Of a stretch of DNA of 34,840 nt, positions 1 through 7,987 are shown one piece after another. A model generated the notes under the pieces. The model worked only from the letters and a program-made list of their open reading frames with translations. It ran no database searches and was not told the DNA's origin. This stretch comes from Nanobdellota archaeon (GTDB lineage Archaea; Nanobdellota; Nanobdellia; Woesearchaeales; JBBSVZ01), in assembly GCA_038046545.1 (NCBI GenBank), contig JBBSVZ010000049.1, positions 1 through 34,840 of the forward strand, in the 5' to 3' direction. A program made the translations under genes and the position numbers. The first letter of the stretch is position 1, and every line of letters starts with the position of its first letter.

Positions 1-476
1 TTGTTTATCCCAAATAAGCCTTCAAACCCTACTCCCTGCGACTTGAGAAATTTTTTCATCAATCCAGACGGATCGTTGCCCATTCCCGATTCTCTCGTGA
101 AATCAATCGGGATGTCAATTTCAGCACCTTTAGGATTTATCAAAACTTTACCAGTATCGTCTTTAATATAAAACAGGTTATCCTCAGAGCCTTGCTTGAC
201 TGTTACCCAGCCATATGAGTTCTTTCCAGTTTTCCTCCACTCATCAATCCAATATCGAAAATAAACGCATTTAGCCCCAGAAAAAGGGCTGATAAGAATC
301 TTGTAAGGAACAACTTTTCCAAAAACCTCGACAAACCCCATTGCCAAAGAACGGATTTTTGATGTTGGAGTGTCTTCTACGGTTTTTTTTAGCATGTACC
401 ATTTGAAGCCTTTGAAGAATAAGATACATCCGAAGGCAACTCCGCTTATAGCATAAAAGAGGATATTATCAGCCAC
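1..476 (-). CDS. GIDE-domain (E3 ubiquitin ligase-like family) membrane protein, 3'-partial at window edge
   Basis: Not in the ORF track. Manual translation from GTG at 476: MADNILFYAISGVAFGCILFFKGFKWYMLKKTVEDTPTSKIRSLAMGFVEVFGKV...SPFSGAKCVYFRY...FYIKDDTGKVLINPKGAEID. N-terminal TM helix plus TPTSKIRS/GxVEVxG/FxxxDxTG motifs typical of GIDE proteins. Confidence 0.75.
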   Translation of the reverse strand, partial: MADNILFYAISGVAFGCILFFKGFKWYMLKKTVEDTPTSKIRSLAMGFVEVFGKVVPYKILISPFSGAKCVYFRYWIDEWRKTGKNSYGWVTVKQGSEDNLFYIKDDTGKVLINPKGAEIDIPIDFTRESGMGNDPSGLMKKFLKSQGVGFEGLFGIN

Positions 477-515
477 GATAACAAACGAACAGATTAGTTA
501 TAAAAATCTGTCGGA

Positions 516-854
516 TTACTTTTGCTCCAATTCCAGCTCAATTCCGCCGACAAAGCCTGAAATAAAGTTATAGCCGATCGCTCCCAACGCCCCTGCAACG
601 AATCCTATGCCGCCGTAAACCAGCGGAAAGAAGATTATCATCGCCAAACCCAGAAGGCCGCCGATTGAGGCTCCAAGGCCTGGCTGCCTTACTGCTGTCC
701 CTAAAACTGTTGCAGCGAGGAGCGCCAGTAATGCCCAAATAATTCCTATGACAAGCCCGATTAGCCCCATCATTACGCCATAAAGCTTCGCTGTTGATAG
801 AACGTCAATCTTTTTCACGACATAAGTGCTCATTGCCTTCTTTATTTTCGCCAT
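516..854 (-). CDS. Small two-TM membrane protein (DUF3566-like)
   Basis: 112 aa, KKIDVLS-AKL start, two hydrophobic Gly-rich helices, YNFISGFVGGIELELE end. Confidence 0.65.
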   Translation of the reverse strand: MAKIKKAMSTYVVKKIDVLSTAKLYGVMMGLIGLVIGIIWALLALLAATVLGTAVRQPGLGASIGGLLGLAMIIFFPLVYGGIGFVAGALGAIGYNFISGFVGGIELELEQK

Positions 855-960
855 ATATAGAAGCTAGAATAATTTGGATATAATAAGTTTGCCCCTAAAC
901 ATTTATTAAATAGTCACAAATGCTTAGTGGTGGTGGGTACGTTGAGGGAGCCTGATAACA

Positions 961-1362
961 TTGGGGAACGGTAAAGAAGATAGCTGCCTTGAATGGATAG
1001 TCAGTAACCCTAATTTAATCGGTGAAGAACTCTCCACGGTGTCACACACGCTGCTTCCAAGGTATTGGAAGCTAAAAGGTGAGACTCACCCAAGAAAACT
1101 TTGTGACCTGATTTTCGTTTTTTACGATGGGTCAGCATTGGCTGTGGAGCTCAAGGCAACAATATCCGAGCGGCCAGTTGCCAAAAAACAGCTTAAAAGT
1201 TCATATGATTTTTTAAGGATAGTTCGTGGCATTGAATCTGTTAGAGCGAAAATCGTTTATTATGGAGAGCAGCCATTTTCATACGAGGATTTTAATTGTG
1301 AGTTGGTAGGCAATGATAGACTTCTTATAAAATACCACGATAGCAGGGATAACCCACAGTAA
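961..1362 (+). CDS. PD-(D/E)xK-fold nuclease-like protein
   Basis: CDLIFVFYDGSALAVELKA followed by AKKQL fits the D...ExK...Q pattern; TTG start uncertain. Confidence 0.6.
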   Translation: MGNGKEDSCLEWIVSNPNLIGEELSTVSHTLLPRYWKLKGETHPRKLCDLIFVFYDGSALAVELKATISERPVAKKQLKSSYDFLRIVRGIESVRAKIVYYGEQPFSYEDFNCELVGNDRLLIKYHDSRDNPQ

Positions 1363-1365
1363 ACA

Positions 1366-1373
1366 TTTAAAAA
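1366..1373 (+). promoter_or_regulatory. Archaeal TATA box of the tRNA gene
   Basis: TTTAAAAA 25 nt upstream of the tRNA 5' end, preceded by an A-rich BRE-like stretch. Confidence 0.55.
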
Positions 1374-1398
1374 ACAGGTATTAAACCTCAAATCCAAC

Positions 1399-1536
1399 AG
1401 CCCCGTAGTGTAGCGGTCAATCATACTGCCCTCTGGTGAGGGTTTCGCCCCTCAAGGACGAGTGGGATAAATCCCACAAAATGGCAAAAACCTTCAGCGA
1501 AAGGCAGTGACGGCGGTTCGAATCCGCCCGGGGCTA
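1399..1536 (+). tRNA. tRNA-Gln(CTG) with intron at canonical position 37/38
   Basis: Acceptor AGCCCCG(1399-1405)/CGGGGCT(1529-1535), discriminator A. Anticodon stem CTGCC/GGCAG, anticodon CTG at 1433-1435. T arm GGCGG-TTCGAAT-CCGCC. A1-U72 pair as in archaeal tRNA-Gln; CCA not encoded. Confidence 0.95.
1437..1501 (+). other. 65-nt tRNA intron with relaxed bulge-helix-bulge motif
   Basis: Outer helix GAGGGTTT(1438-1445)/AAACCTTC(1488-1495). Central helix CTCT/AGCG with one mismatch. 3-nt bulges GGT and AAA. Internal hairpin GTGGGAT-AA-ATCCCAC. Confidence 0.85.
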
Positions 1537-1543
1537 TTACTGT

Positions 1544-1568
1544 TTTTGTGACATTTGAGGGTCGTTGG
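1544..1568. repeat. Left subterminal inverted repeat of the element
   Basis: TTTTGTGACATTTGAGGGTCGTTGG matches the reverse complement of 6428-6452 at 21/25 positions. Confidence 0.85.
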
Positions 1569-1638
1569 ACTCCCCGGGCGAGTTACTCTTTTTACGCCAT
1601 CAGACTTAATTCACCTTTAAGCCAGGGAGGGTGCAGGT

Positions 1639-2148
1639 ATGATCTTCGATGAAGACATAAACATCAAGCTTGATACGGATAAGGGCTTGTTCTTTGGCCG
1701 AAACTTAACATACGACGAAAAAGTTTACCTTGAAAGCCACGGTTATGAGAGCGGAATGTTTGTGCCGATCGGAAAACCGCGCCAGGAGGAATGCTGGATC
1801 AAAAAGAACGGAGTTGAAAGTCTAAAACACACCTTCTTAGTTCAAAACATCAAACAACATCTGCGCAAATGCACCAAAGACATCAAAATAAACATTACAA
1901 AAGATGCGGATATTGAGTTCAGAGACCAACGCGGCCAGCTAGTTGGGATCGAAATCGAAACAGGAACTCAATACAAGAAAAACAGAAAAGGATTTGACAC
2001 AAAATTCAGCCAACTCAGGAAAAGATACAAGCGGCTCTACATCGTTCTAACTACAAAAAAATACAAGAGACATTACAAGCGTGCCTTGCATATGCACATC
2101 TACCTTCGCCAGGAAATTCCCACCCTGTTCAGAAGGATATATGGATAA
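1639..2148 (+). CDS. Element-borne protein with PD-(D/E)xK-like motif (possibly replication-relaxation-like)
   Basis: ESLKHTFLV...DADIEFRDQRGQLVGIEIETG; strong RBS (GGAGG/GCAGGT) upstream; basic C terminus. Confidence 0.55.
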   Translation: MIFDEDINIKLDTDKGLFFGRNLTYDEKVYLESHGYESGMFVPIGKPRQEECWIKKNGVESLKHTFLVQNIKQHLRKCTKDIKINITKDADIEFRDQRGQLVGIEIETGTQYKKNRKGFDTKFSQLRKRYKRLYIVLTTKKYKRHYKRALHMHIYLRQEIPTLFRRIYG

Positions 2149-2184
2149 GTATTATCTGCAAAAATTAGGGTGTGTATTCTAATT

Positions 2185-2201
2185 CCTTATCGTCGATAAG
2201 G
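2185..2201. repeat. Perfect palindrome CCTTATCG-T-CGATAAGG flanked by short direct repeats
   Basis: 8-bp arms with 1-nt spacer; AAATTAGGGTGTG, AAATCAGGGTATG and AAATTGGGGGTGCG lie nearby. Confidence 0.6.
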
Positions 2202-2324
2202 CCGCAAAATCAGGGTATGAAATTGGGGGTGCGTTCCTTTATAAATAAACTGCCACCCATACCAGCCGTGAGTCGGAGGTTTTGAATAGCAAATTTTAAA
2301 GCGCAGAGCTTTATTTTTGTCAAA

Positions 2325-4901
2325 ATGACGAAGATATTCATTTCACACTCCAGTAAAGATAATGAGTTCATAAAGAAGTTAGTTGAAAAATTACCAACAG
2401 ACACCTATTGGGTTGACTATGTTGATCTGGATTTAGGCGATAGCATTCTTGAAAAAATAGAGGCAGGAATTATTGAGTGTTCAGACTTTTTGCTTATACT
2501 TAGTAGAAATTCTCTTGAATCAAAATGGGTCAAATATGAATCTGAAATGGCAACTATCAGGTCATTAAAGGATGGCTTTATGAGAATCCGAGTTGTAAAC
2601 ATAGATGGGTGTAAAGTTCCCTTGAGATTTCAACCTTTAAAATATCTAACAATCGAAGAAGAAAAAACACAAGATAACCTTCTAGATAAACTCGTAAGTT
2701 CCATAATGAAGAAAAGTAGTGGAGGATCAGATACGGAATTTAGACGGTTTGTGGATAGGAATAGTGAGACCGATCAATTACAAGGATACATTTTGGATAA
2801 AGAAACGAGTATAATAGTTTTAATGGGCATGTACGGAATAGGAAAAACCACGCTACTGCTAGAATCAATATCTCGAATATGGAAAAACCCGCAAATTACA
2901 AAAATTGTCTTCTCTGAAGCGTTTTTTGGCTCAAGACTTACAAAAGAATTGTGCGCGTTGGCGAATCTTGAGTTACCCTCTGAAACCGCAGATAAAGATG
3001 AGCTAAAAAATAAAAACATTGCTGCAATTGAAGAACTGATAAGCCAAAAAAGAATACTGATTTTTGATGATTTTCAAAAAATTCTCGATGAAACGGGATC
3101 CCCTGCCGAAGATGTAGCGGCTCTCATCAAACATTGTGCCAAGATTTCCCTTCTCAAGAAATCTCCCTTATTCATCGTATCTACGAGAAAACCGAATTTA
3201 AATATCGAAGATCCTGATTCACAAAAAAATCTGAAAGTTACCGGTCTTGAAGACAAATATATCGAAATGATACTTAAGATGGAGTTAAAAAATATTTCAA
3301 AGTATGAAGATAGGAGCCAAGATGAAAGAAAGAGATTTATTCAGAGTTTATGCACATATCCACTTGCAGCAAAATTTGCAGCGCCATTGCTAGAAGATTA
3401 CTCGCTTGAATTTGTGATGGATAATGTGAAATACATAAAACAGCTGAGAATAGATTTGGCAAGAGTGTTAATTGGCAAAGCGAAAATATCTGAATCACAG
3501 GAACAAATACTGGAGATTTTGGGATTCTGCGAGGACAAATTAAGTCTAGCAGAAATTTTAGAGATTCTTGGAAAAGAAAGAGAAGCCATCTTAATAGACA
3601 TTGACTATCTCGTCCAGCACAACTTTTTAGAATTTGAAAAATTAAATATTGGTTTGCATCCAATCCTAGTCGATATTTTTTATTCAAAAGCCATGACATC
3701 TGGCATAATAAAGAAAGATGGTGAACGGGTAATACAAAAATTTAAGGAAATCTTCTCAAAAACTGAGTCAGGCAAAATAGAATGGGTACATTGGCTATCA
3801 AGATTACAACGGATTTATTTAATTTCAGGCAGATGGAATGAAGCTAAAGATCTTTGGAGAAATTGCGAAGGTGAACTGAAGGTGGCGATTAGAGACCTAT
3901 ACACTAAATCAAAAAATTATGACCTTGCCTTACAATACTGCGATAAGTATTTGATGGATGACCCCGACTCTTTTTCTGTTAATGTATGGAAAATAAAATG
4001 TTTGATCCGTATGTTGGATTTTCAAACAGCACAAATAACTATAGATGAAATGCTTCAAAAATATCAAAATGATATAATTTTACTGCATCAACAAGCAAGA
4101 ATTTTCCTAAAGAATAAGAAAAGCAAAGATCATCTGAAACGCGCAAAAGAGTTGCTTCTTAAAATTCTAGCAAAGAATCCGAGATATATCCCAGTTAAAA
4201 GAGATTTAGCCGAAACCTTGCTCTACTTGGGTGAGATACCTGACTCTGAAAGATATTTAACTGAGGCATTGGAAATGGCGCCTTTAGACGAATACCTATT
4301 AACGCTATACGCTAAAGTTATGGGCAAACAAAACCGAATTGAACCCGCAATTGAAAGATTAAAATTAGCTCTGGGTAATATTCCTGATTCTGCTCCGTTC
4401 TTTCATCGGCTTGGTTGGTTGTACCAGAAAAAAGGGGACATTAAAAATGCGTATGACAACTACTTAAAGTCCTGCGAATTAAATAGCAACTATTTTGAAG
4501 CCAGATTAGGACTTATTTTTTGTTGTATACAACTAAATAAATTGGATGGCGCAAAAAAAGAGATTGATGAGTTGGAAAAGACCATCACAGGTCAATCAAG
4601 ATTCGTTTTGGAATCTTTGAAAGCGGAATATTTATCTAAACGAGGAGAACTGGAAGCTGCATATGAGTTATCTCAACGAGTTCTTAAAACGGATAGGTCG
4701 GAGATAACTTTAGGCGCAGCAATTAAGATAGGAATTGAAATGGCAAAAAAAAGGTTTGATGAAGGACTCTCCGCTAAAGCCAAAGAAATTGCAAATAGCG
4801 TTGAAGATTATATTCGACAACTCGAAGAAGAAAACCCTTTAGCTACCTATCTTCAAACTTATAAAAATCGGCTCAAAGAACTTTTTGCAAGGTTAAACTG
4901 A
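2325..4901 (+). CDS. TIR - STAND NTPase (NB-ARC-like) - winged helix - TPR protein (prokaryotic NLR/Avs-like, putative antiviral)
   Basis: TIR: IFISHSSKD...LSRNSLESKWVKYE (catalytic Glu position). FVDR motif, Walker A GMYGIGKT, Walker B ILIFDDFQ, YPLA, LHPIL. C-terminal TPR repeats (e.g. FFHRLGWLYQKKGDIKNAYDNYLKSCELNSNY). Confidence 0.9.
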   Translation: MTKIFISHSSKDNEFIKKLVEKLPTDTYWVDYVDLDLGDSILEKIEAGIIECSDFLLILSRNSLESKWVKYESEMATIRSLKDGFMRIRVVNIDGCKVPLRFQPLKYLTIEEEKTQDNLLDKLVSSIMKKSSGGSDTEFRRFVDRNSETDQLQGYILDKETSIIVLMGMYGIGKTTLLLESISRIWKNPQITKIVFSEAFFGSRLTKELCALANLELPSETADKDELKNKNIAAIEELISQKRILIFDDFQKILDETGSPAEDVAALIKHCAKISLLKKSPLFIVSTRKPNLNIEDPDSQKNLKVTGLEDKYIEMILKMELKNISKYEDRSQDERKRFIQSLCTYPLAAKFAAPLLEDYSLEFVMDNVKYIKQLRIDLARVLIGKAKISESQEQILEILGFCEDKLSLAEILEILGKEREAILIDIDYLVQHNFLEFEKLNIGLHPILVDIFYSKAMTSGIIKKDGERVIQKFKEIFSKTESGKIEWVHWLSRLQRIYLISGRWNEAKDLWRNCEGELKVAIRDLYTKSKNYDLALQYCDKYLMDDPDSFSVNVWKIKCLIRMLDFQTAQITIDEMLQKYQNDIILLHQQARIFLKNKKSKDHLKRAKELLLKILAKNPRYIPVKRDLAETLLYLGEIPDSERYLTEALEMAPLDEYLLTLYAKVMGKQNRIEPAIERLKLALGNIPDSAPFFHRLGWLYQKKGDIKNAYDNYLKSCELNSNYFEARLGLIFCCIQLNKLDGAKKEIDELEKTITGQSRFVLESLKAEYLSKRGELEAAYELSQRVLKTDRSEITLGAAIKIGIEMAKKRFDEGLSAKAKEIANSVEDYIRQLEEENPLATYLQTYKNRLKELFARLN

Positions 4902-5104
4902 ATCACTAGAAAACAAGCTGTCCGATGCACTTTACGCTCCAATTGCAAGTCTCTATTTCTTGAGTGCCATAACTCCGAGTTCTACTTATATTAAAGCAAG
5001 AACTTTCTATTTTGCAGTCACTTGTTCGACTGGGTGACTCGCAGCGACCACCACGTAGGTGTCGGCTCTTTATTTAAATCGCAGGCAGCAGTCCGGGACG
5101 AACC

Positions 5105-6298
5105 ATGAGATTTGATCCGCATAAGCACCAAGAAAAGTACTTACGGTGGAAACAAGCCGGAATGCAGTTTGATGGCCTTTCTGAGCCGATTGTCGCGCTA
5201 TTACGGCGATATTTCGCGGACATGGAGGTTGGAGCCAACATCAATCCCGCAAGCCGCCGTGGAGCCCGATCTTACGGGCGTATGCGCAATCTCAAAGGCA
5301 AAATGCATACACTTTGCCTCATCTTTCAAGACGAGCTCGGGATAGCCACCTTAGAAGAGCTTGAATGCAAAGAACGCGAGATATTGCTTTTAACAAAGAA
5401 AATGCGAGAAGGCAAAGTTCTTTCCCGAAAAAGCGACCGAATGCCGCTGACCGCCATAGGCACGTATGTCAAAATCATAAAAGCATTTTGGCATTGGTAC
5501 ATGCGAGCTCAGAGAAAGGAAGGCAAAAACATCAATGACATTACAATCGATCTGGATGGCCGCGATGAAAAACCAAAATTCTCCTATTTCACTATCGATG
5601 ATGTGAAGATGATGTGTGATTGGGCAACACCAGAATATAAAACGCTTATGATGTTTTTATTCGATAGCGGCATACGAGCACCAACCGAACTAATGAACGT
5701 CAGAGTTAATGATTTAGAATGGGATGCAAAGAACAATTACTACACCCTGAGCATCCGAGAAGAGACAAGCAAGACATTTGGACGAAGAATCAAACTCCTC
5801 CTCTGCTCAGGCATCCTTCGAGGATATATCGAAACCATGGGTTTGAAAAATAACGACTACATTTTCACCAGAACACCTCAACGAGTAAACCAACAACTCA
5901 AGCGGCTGGCATATCGCGTTCTCAAGATCGGAAAACAAAACGGAAAACAGCACATCGAAAACGGAATATCGCTCTACGACTTTAGGCACTGCAGCGCGTG
6001 TTACTGGCTTCCCCGATACAAATCAGAAAGCGCGCTGAAATACCGCTTCGGATGGAAGCGCAGCGAAATGATTCACTACTACACCGAACTGCTCGGCATG
6101 AAAGATACCATAACCGATGAAGACCTTTACGTTGACATAACAAAATCAGACCTCGAAAAGCAAATACAAGACAAAGGCGAAGAAATCGAATTATTACAAG
6201 AACAAATGAAAAAACAAGACGAGGTTATGACAAAAATAATGAAAACAATGGAAGCACTCCAACTCGAAAAAGGCGCCCAAACTCCGACACAATCTTAA
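5105..6298 (+). CDS. Tyrosine recombinase/integrase with C-terminal coiled coil
   Basis: Catalytic residues: DSGIRAPTEL (R), TSKT (K), YDFRHCS (HxxR position with Tyr in place of His), FGW (H/W), IHYY (Y). Appears intact; lies next to the attR-like repeat. Confidence 0.92.
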   Translation: MRFDPHKHQEKYLRWKQAGMQFDGLSEPIVALLRRYFADMEVGANINPASRRGARSYGRMRNLKGKMHTLCLIFQDELGIATLEELECKEREILLLTKKMREGKVLSRKSDRMPLTAIGTYVKIIKAFWHWYMRAQRKEGKNINDITIDLDGRDEKPKFSYFTIDDVKMMCDWATPEYKTLMMFLFDSGIRAPTELMNVRVNDLEWDAKNNYYTLSIREETSKTFGRRIKLLLCSGILRGYIETMGLKNNDYIFTRTPQRVNQQLKRLAYRVLKIGKQNGKQHIENGISLYDFRHCSACYWLPRYKSESALKYRFGWKRSEMIHYYTELLGMKDTITDEDLYVDITKSDLEKQIQDKGEEIELLQEQMKKQDEVMTKIMKTMEALQLEKGAQTPTQS

Positions 6299-6427
6299 TT
6301 ATGAGCTCAAACTTAATAGTGTTATGAGCCCGTTCGAAACCCATATTCTTGAAGAACACGATCGCCTTCTGCGCCAATACCATTGCGCGAATATCGACGA
6401 AGTCATAACAAAACTCAAAGAAAAATG

Positions 6428-6452
6428 CCAACGACTTGCAATTGTCACAAAA
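6428..6452. repeat. Right subterminal inverted repeat of the element
   Basis: CCAACGACTTGCAATTGTCACAAAA, inverted partner of 1544-1568. Confidence 0.85.
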
Positions 6453-6479
6453 TGAGTTGTCGGTCGCCCGGGGCTATTA
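6445..6479 (+). repeat. att-like site R1 (attR of the integrase element)
   Basis: TCACA-N15-CGCCCGGGGCTATTA; the core equals the tRNA 3' end. Confidence 0.9.
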
Positions 6480-6507
6480 ACAAATTTAACATTAATTACA
6501 TAACAAG

Positions 6508-7149
6508 TTACTTTGCAGTACCAAATGGATCTCTTGCAATACTTTTCATCAAATTGAAAACTAATACTAGCATAGCTAAAAACAAGAAAACTGCCAACAT
6601 CATGTCTTGAATCCAATTAAAGTATGCTTGGAGACTCCAAAAAAGAACCGATGACAAAGTTGCAGCAGGGAAAAAAAGTCTCGTTAGGAAATTAAACCAA
6701 GCTTCCCGTCTTAAATCTTTTTCGGAATCAACTAGCTCGTTATATATTTTTATGGATTCGTTGAAAATTGAAACTATTTCCTTTAAATCTTGAGAATCAT
6801 CAGGATGTGATGATTCATTAATTTGATTTCTTACTCTATTTAGTTTTCGTTTTTCCTCATTTAATTTATGCGAAAATTGGGACACTCGAACTAGATTTGC
6901 CGTTAATTCCTTCAATATATTATCAACTCTATCAAGACTATCTTGGGTATAGGTAAGCCAGAGCTTATGTGATAATTTTTTAATTTGGTCTATTGAATAC
7001 TTTTTACTGTTGTACAAATGAATGCCTCTATGAACCTCATCATCGATTGGCGAAATTCTGACCTCGGTTTTTTCATGTATCTCTTTCAAGTCATCGAGAA
7101 GTATTTCTGAAGGTTTTCTATTGTTCAATTGAAAAGCGACAGAAATCAT
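6508..7149 (-). CDS. Hypothetical protein, coiled coil plus two C-terminal TM helices (module 1)
   Basis: 213-aa AT-rich ORF; helical heptad region followed by two hydrophobic segments. Confidence 0.7.
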   Translation of the reverse strand: MISVAFQLNNRKPSEILLDDLKEIHEKTEVRISPIDDEVHRGIHLYNSKKYSIDQIKKLSHKLWLTYTQDSLDRVDNILKELTANLVRVSQFSHKLNEEKRKLNRVRNQINESSHPDDSQDLKEIVSIFNESIKIYNELVDSEKDLRREAWFNFLTRLFFPAATLSSVLFWSLQAYFNWIQDMMLAVFLFLAMLVLVFNLMKSIARDPFGTAK

Positions 7150-7269
7150 TTAAAATTCCCACCAAGATTTTTTTTCTCTGCGTTTTCTACGTATCAGTTT
7201 AGGTCGCACATAAAAAGTAACTGTTTTTCCTTTAGCTCGGAAGCTAATCCTTCGACGACTTGCCATCAT
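7150..7269 (-). CDS. 39-aa highly basic small protein (module 1)
   Basis: Manual translation MMASRRRISFRAKGKTVTFYVRPKLIRRKRREKKSWWEF*. Its TAA directly abuts the ATG of 6508-7149, and an AT-rich TATA-like box lies about 20 nt upstream. Confidence 0.55.
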   Translation of the reverse strand: MMASRRRISFRAKGKTVTFYVRPKLIRRKRREKKSWWEF

Positions 7270-7322
7270 AAGACTAAATATTAGTTTGTTTAAATATTAT
7301 TTGTTTAGTTGGGGAATTGCCA

Positions 7323-7369
7323 GGATTCCTCTTTTTAACAGATTTGTTCATTTTCTACCCGGGGCTATA
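7323..7369 (+). repeat. att-like site R2
   Basis: GGATTCCTCTTTTTAACA-GATTTGTTCATTTTC-TACCCGGGGCTATA; shares 20 identical bp (7328-7347) with R3 (8327-8346). Confidence 0.85.
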
Positions 7370-7405
7370 ACCTTTTTAAAGAAAAGATGGCTATCTAATT
7401 GAGAT

Positions 7406-7717
7406 ATGACAAATAAAATCTCAAATGGAACGGCACATAAAGTGCCTCCAGATTTAAGTAAAGCTCTAATTTCCGATAAAGCATCGCTATCAAAATGGGA
7501 AGGTCTTACTCCCCTTGCGCGTAATGAGTGGATATGCTGGGTTACTTTCGTTAAAAAAGAAGAGACGAGAAAGGAACACATTAAGAGGCTGACCAATGAG
7601 CTCAAGGAAGGGAAGCGCCGGCCGTGCTGCTGGATAGGTTGCATTCATCGAAAGGATAAGTCGATAAGCCCTTCGATAAAAGGGATACTCGCTAAGCGAA
7701 ATAGAAAAATTAGTTGA
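7406..7717 (+). CDS. YdeI/OmpD-associated family protein (module 2)
   Basis: VPPDLSKAL...WEGLTPLARNEWICWVTFVKKEETRKEHI...GKRRPCCWIGCIHR. Confidence 0.85.
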   Translation: MTNKISNGTAHKVPPDLSKALISDKASLSKWEGLTPLARNEWICWVTFVKKEETRKEHIKRLTNELKEGKRRPCCWIGCIHRKDKSISPSIKGILAKRNRKIS

Positions 7718-7753
7718 ACAGTTCCGCCACGTTCCTGCCTAAAATCCGTAAAC

Positions 7754-7777
7754 TTTAAATACTATAGCAGCTATAGT
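7754..7777 (+). promoter_or_regulatory. TATA box plus palindromic operator of the TA operon
   Basis: TTTAAATA (7754-7761) overlapping the perfect inverted repeat ACTATAGC-A-GCTATAGT (7761-7777), 6 nt before ATG 7784. Confidence 0.7.
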
Positions 7778-7783
7778 GGCTGT

Positions 7784-7987
7784 ATGCCAACCACAATCCA
7801 GATTGAAGAAGAGACGCGAGACAAGATAAAATCGTTTGGGGCAAAAGGGGAAACCTACAATGATATTATCAACCGGCTTTATGATGTTGCTGTCAAACAC
7901 CAGCTTCGCGAATTCCTGTTTTCTTCCAAAGACTCTGTTCCGATCGATGAAGCAATTGCTCGAGCGGAGAAGCGTTGGCGCAAGTAA
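7784..7987 (+). CDS. Ribbon-helix-helix-type antitoxin (module 2)
   Basis: MPTTIQIEEETRDKIKSFGAKGETYNDIINRL, a typical archaeal antitoxin N terminus; overlaps the downstream toxin-like gene. Confidence 0.75.
   Translation: MPTTIQIEEETRDKIKSFGAKGETYNDIINRLYDVAVKHQLREFLFSSKDSVPIDEAIARAEKRWRK

Larger units (their letters stand above)
1525..6479. mobile_element. 4.9-kb integrative element inserted in the tRNA-Gln 3' end
   Basis: Exact 15-bp direct repeat CGCCCGGGGCTATTA at 1525-1539 and 6465-6479; internal tyrosine integrase; 25-bp inverted repeats just inside both ends. Confidence 0.9.

Noticed and set aside
2417-3699. Minus-strand ORFs within the TIR-STAND gene, and similar short antisense ORFs across the window
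   Set aside because: Shadows of well-supported genes on the opposite strand.
5016-5070. Short hairpins upstream of the integrase (AGTCAC...GTGACT)
   Set aside because: Stems of only about 6 bp; no recognisable ncRNA or origin family.
6326-6342. GTTCGAAACCC resembling a tRNA T-loop downstream of the integrase
   Set aside because: No T-stem pairing or cloverleaf around it.
6225-6616. Tracked ORFs 6225-6431, 6299-6616 and 6383-6610
   Set aside because: They overlap the attR/arm region and neighbouring genes and have no protein-like features.
7715-7746. Possible seventh att site between YdeI and the TA pair (TGAACA-N15-TGCCTAAAATC)
   Set aside because: Spacing fits and it would split module 2 sensibly, but the core matches too poorly to support by eye; worth rescoring with a profile.
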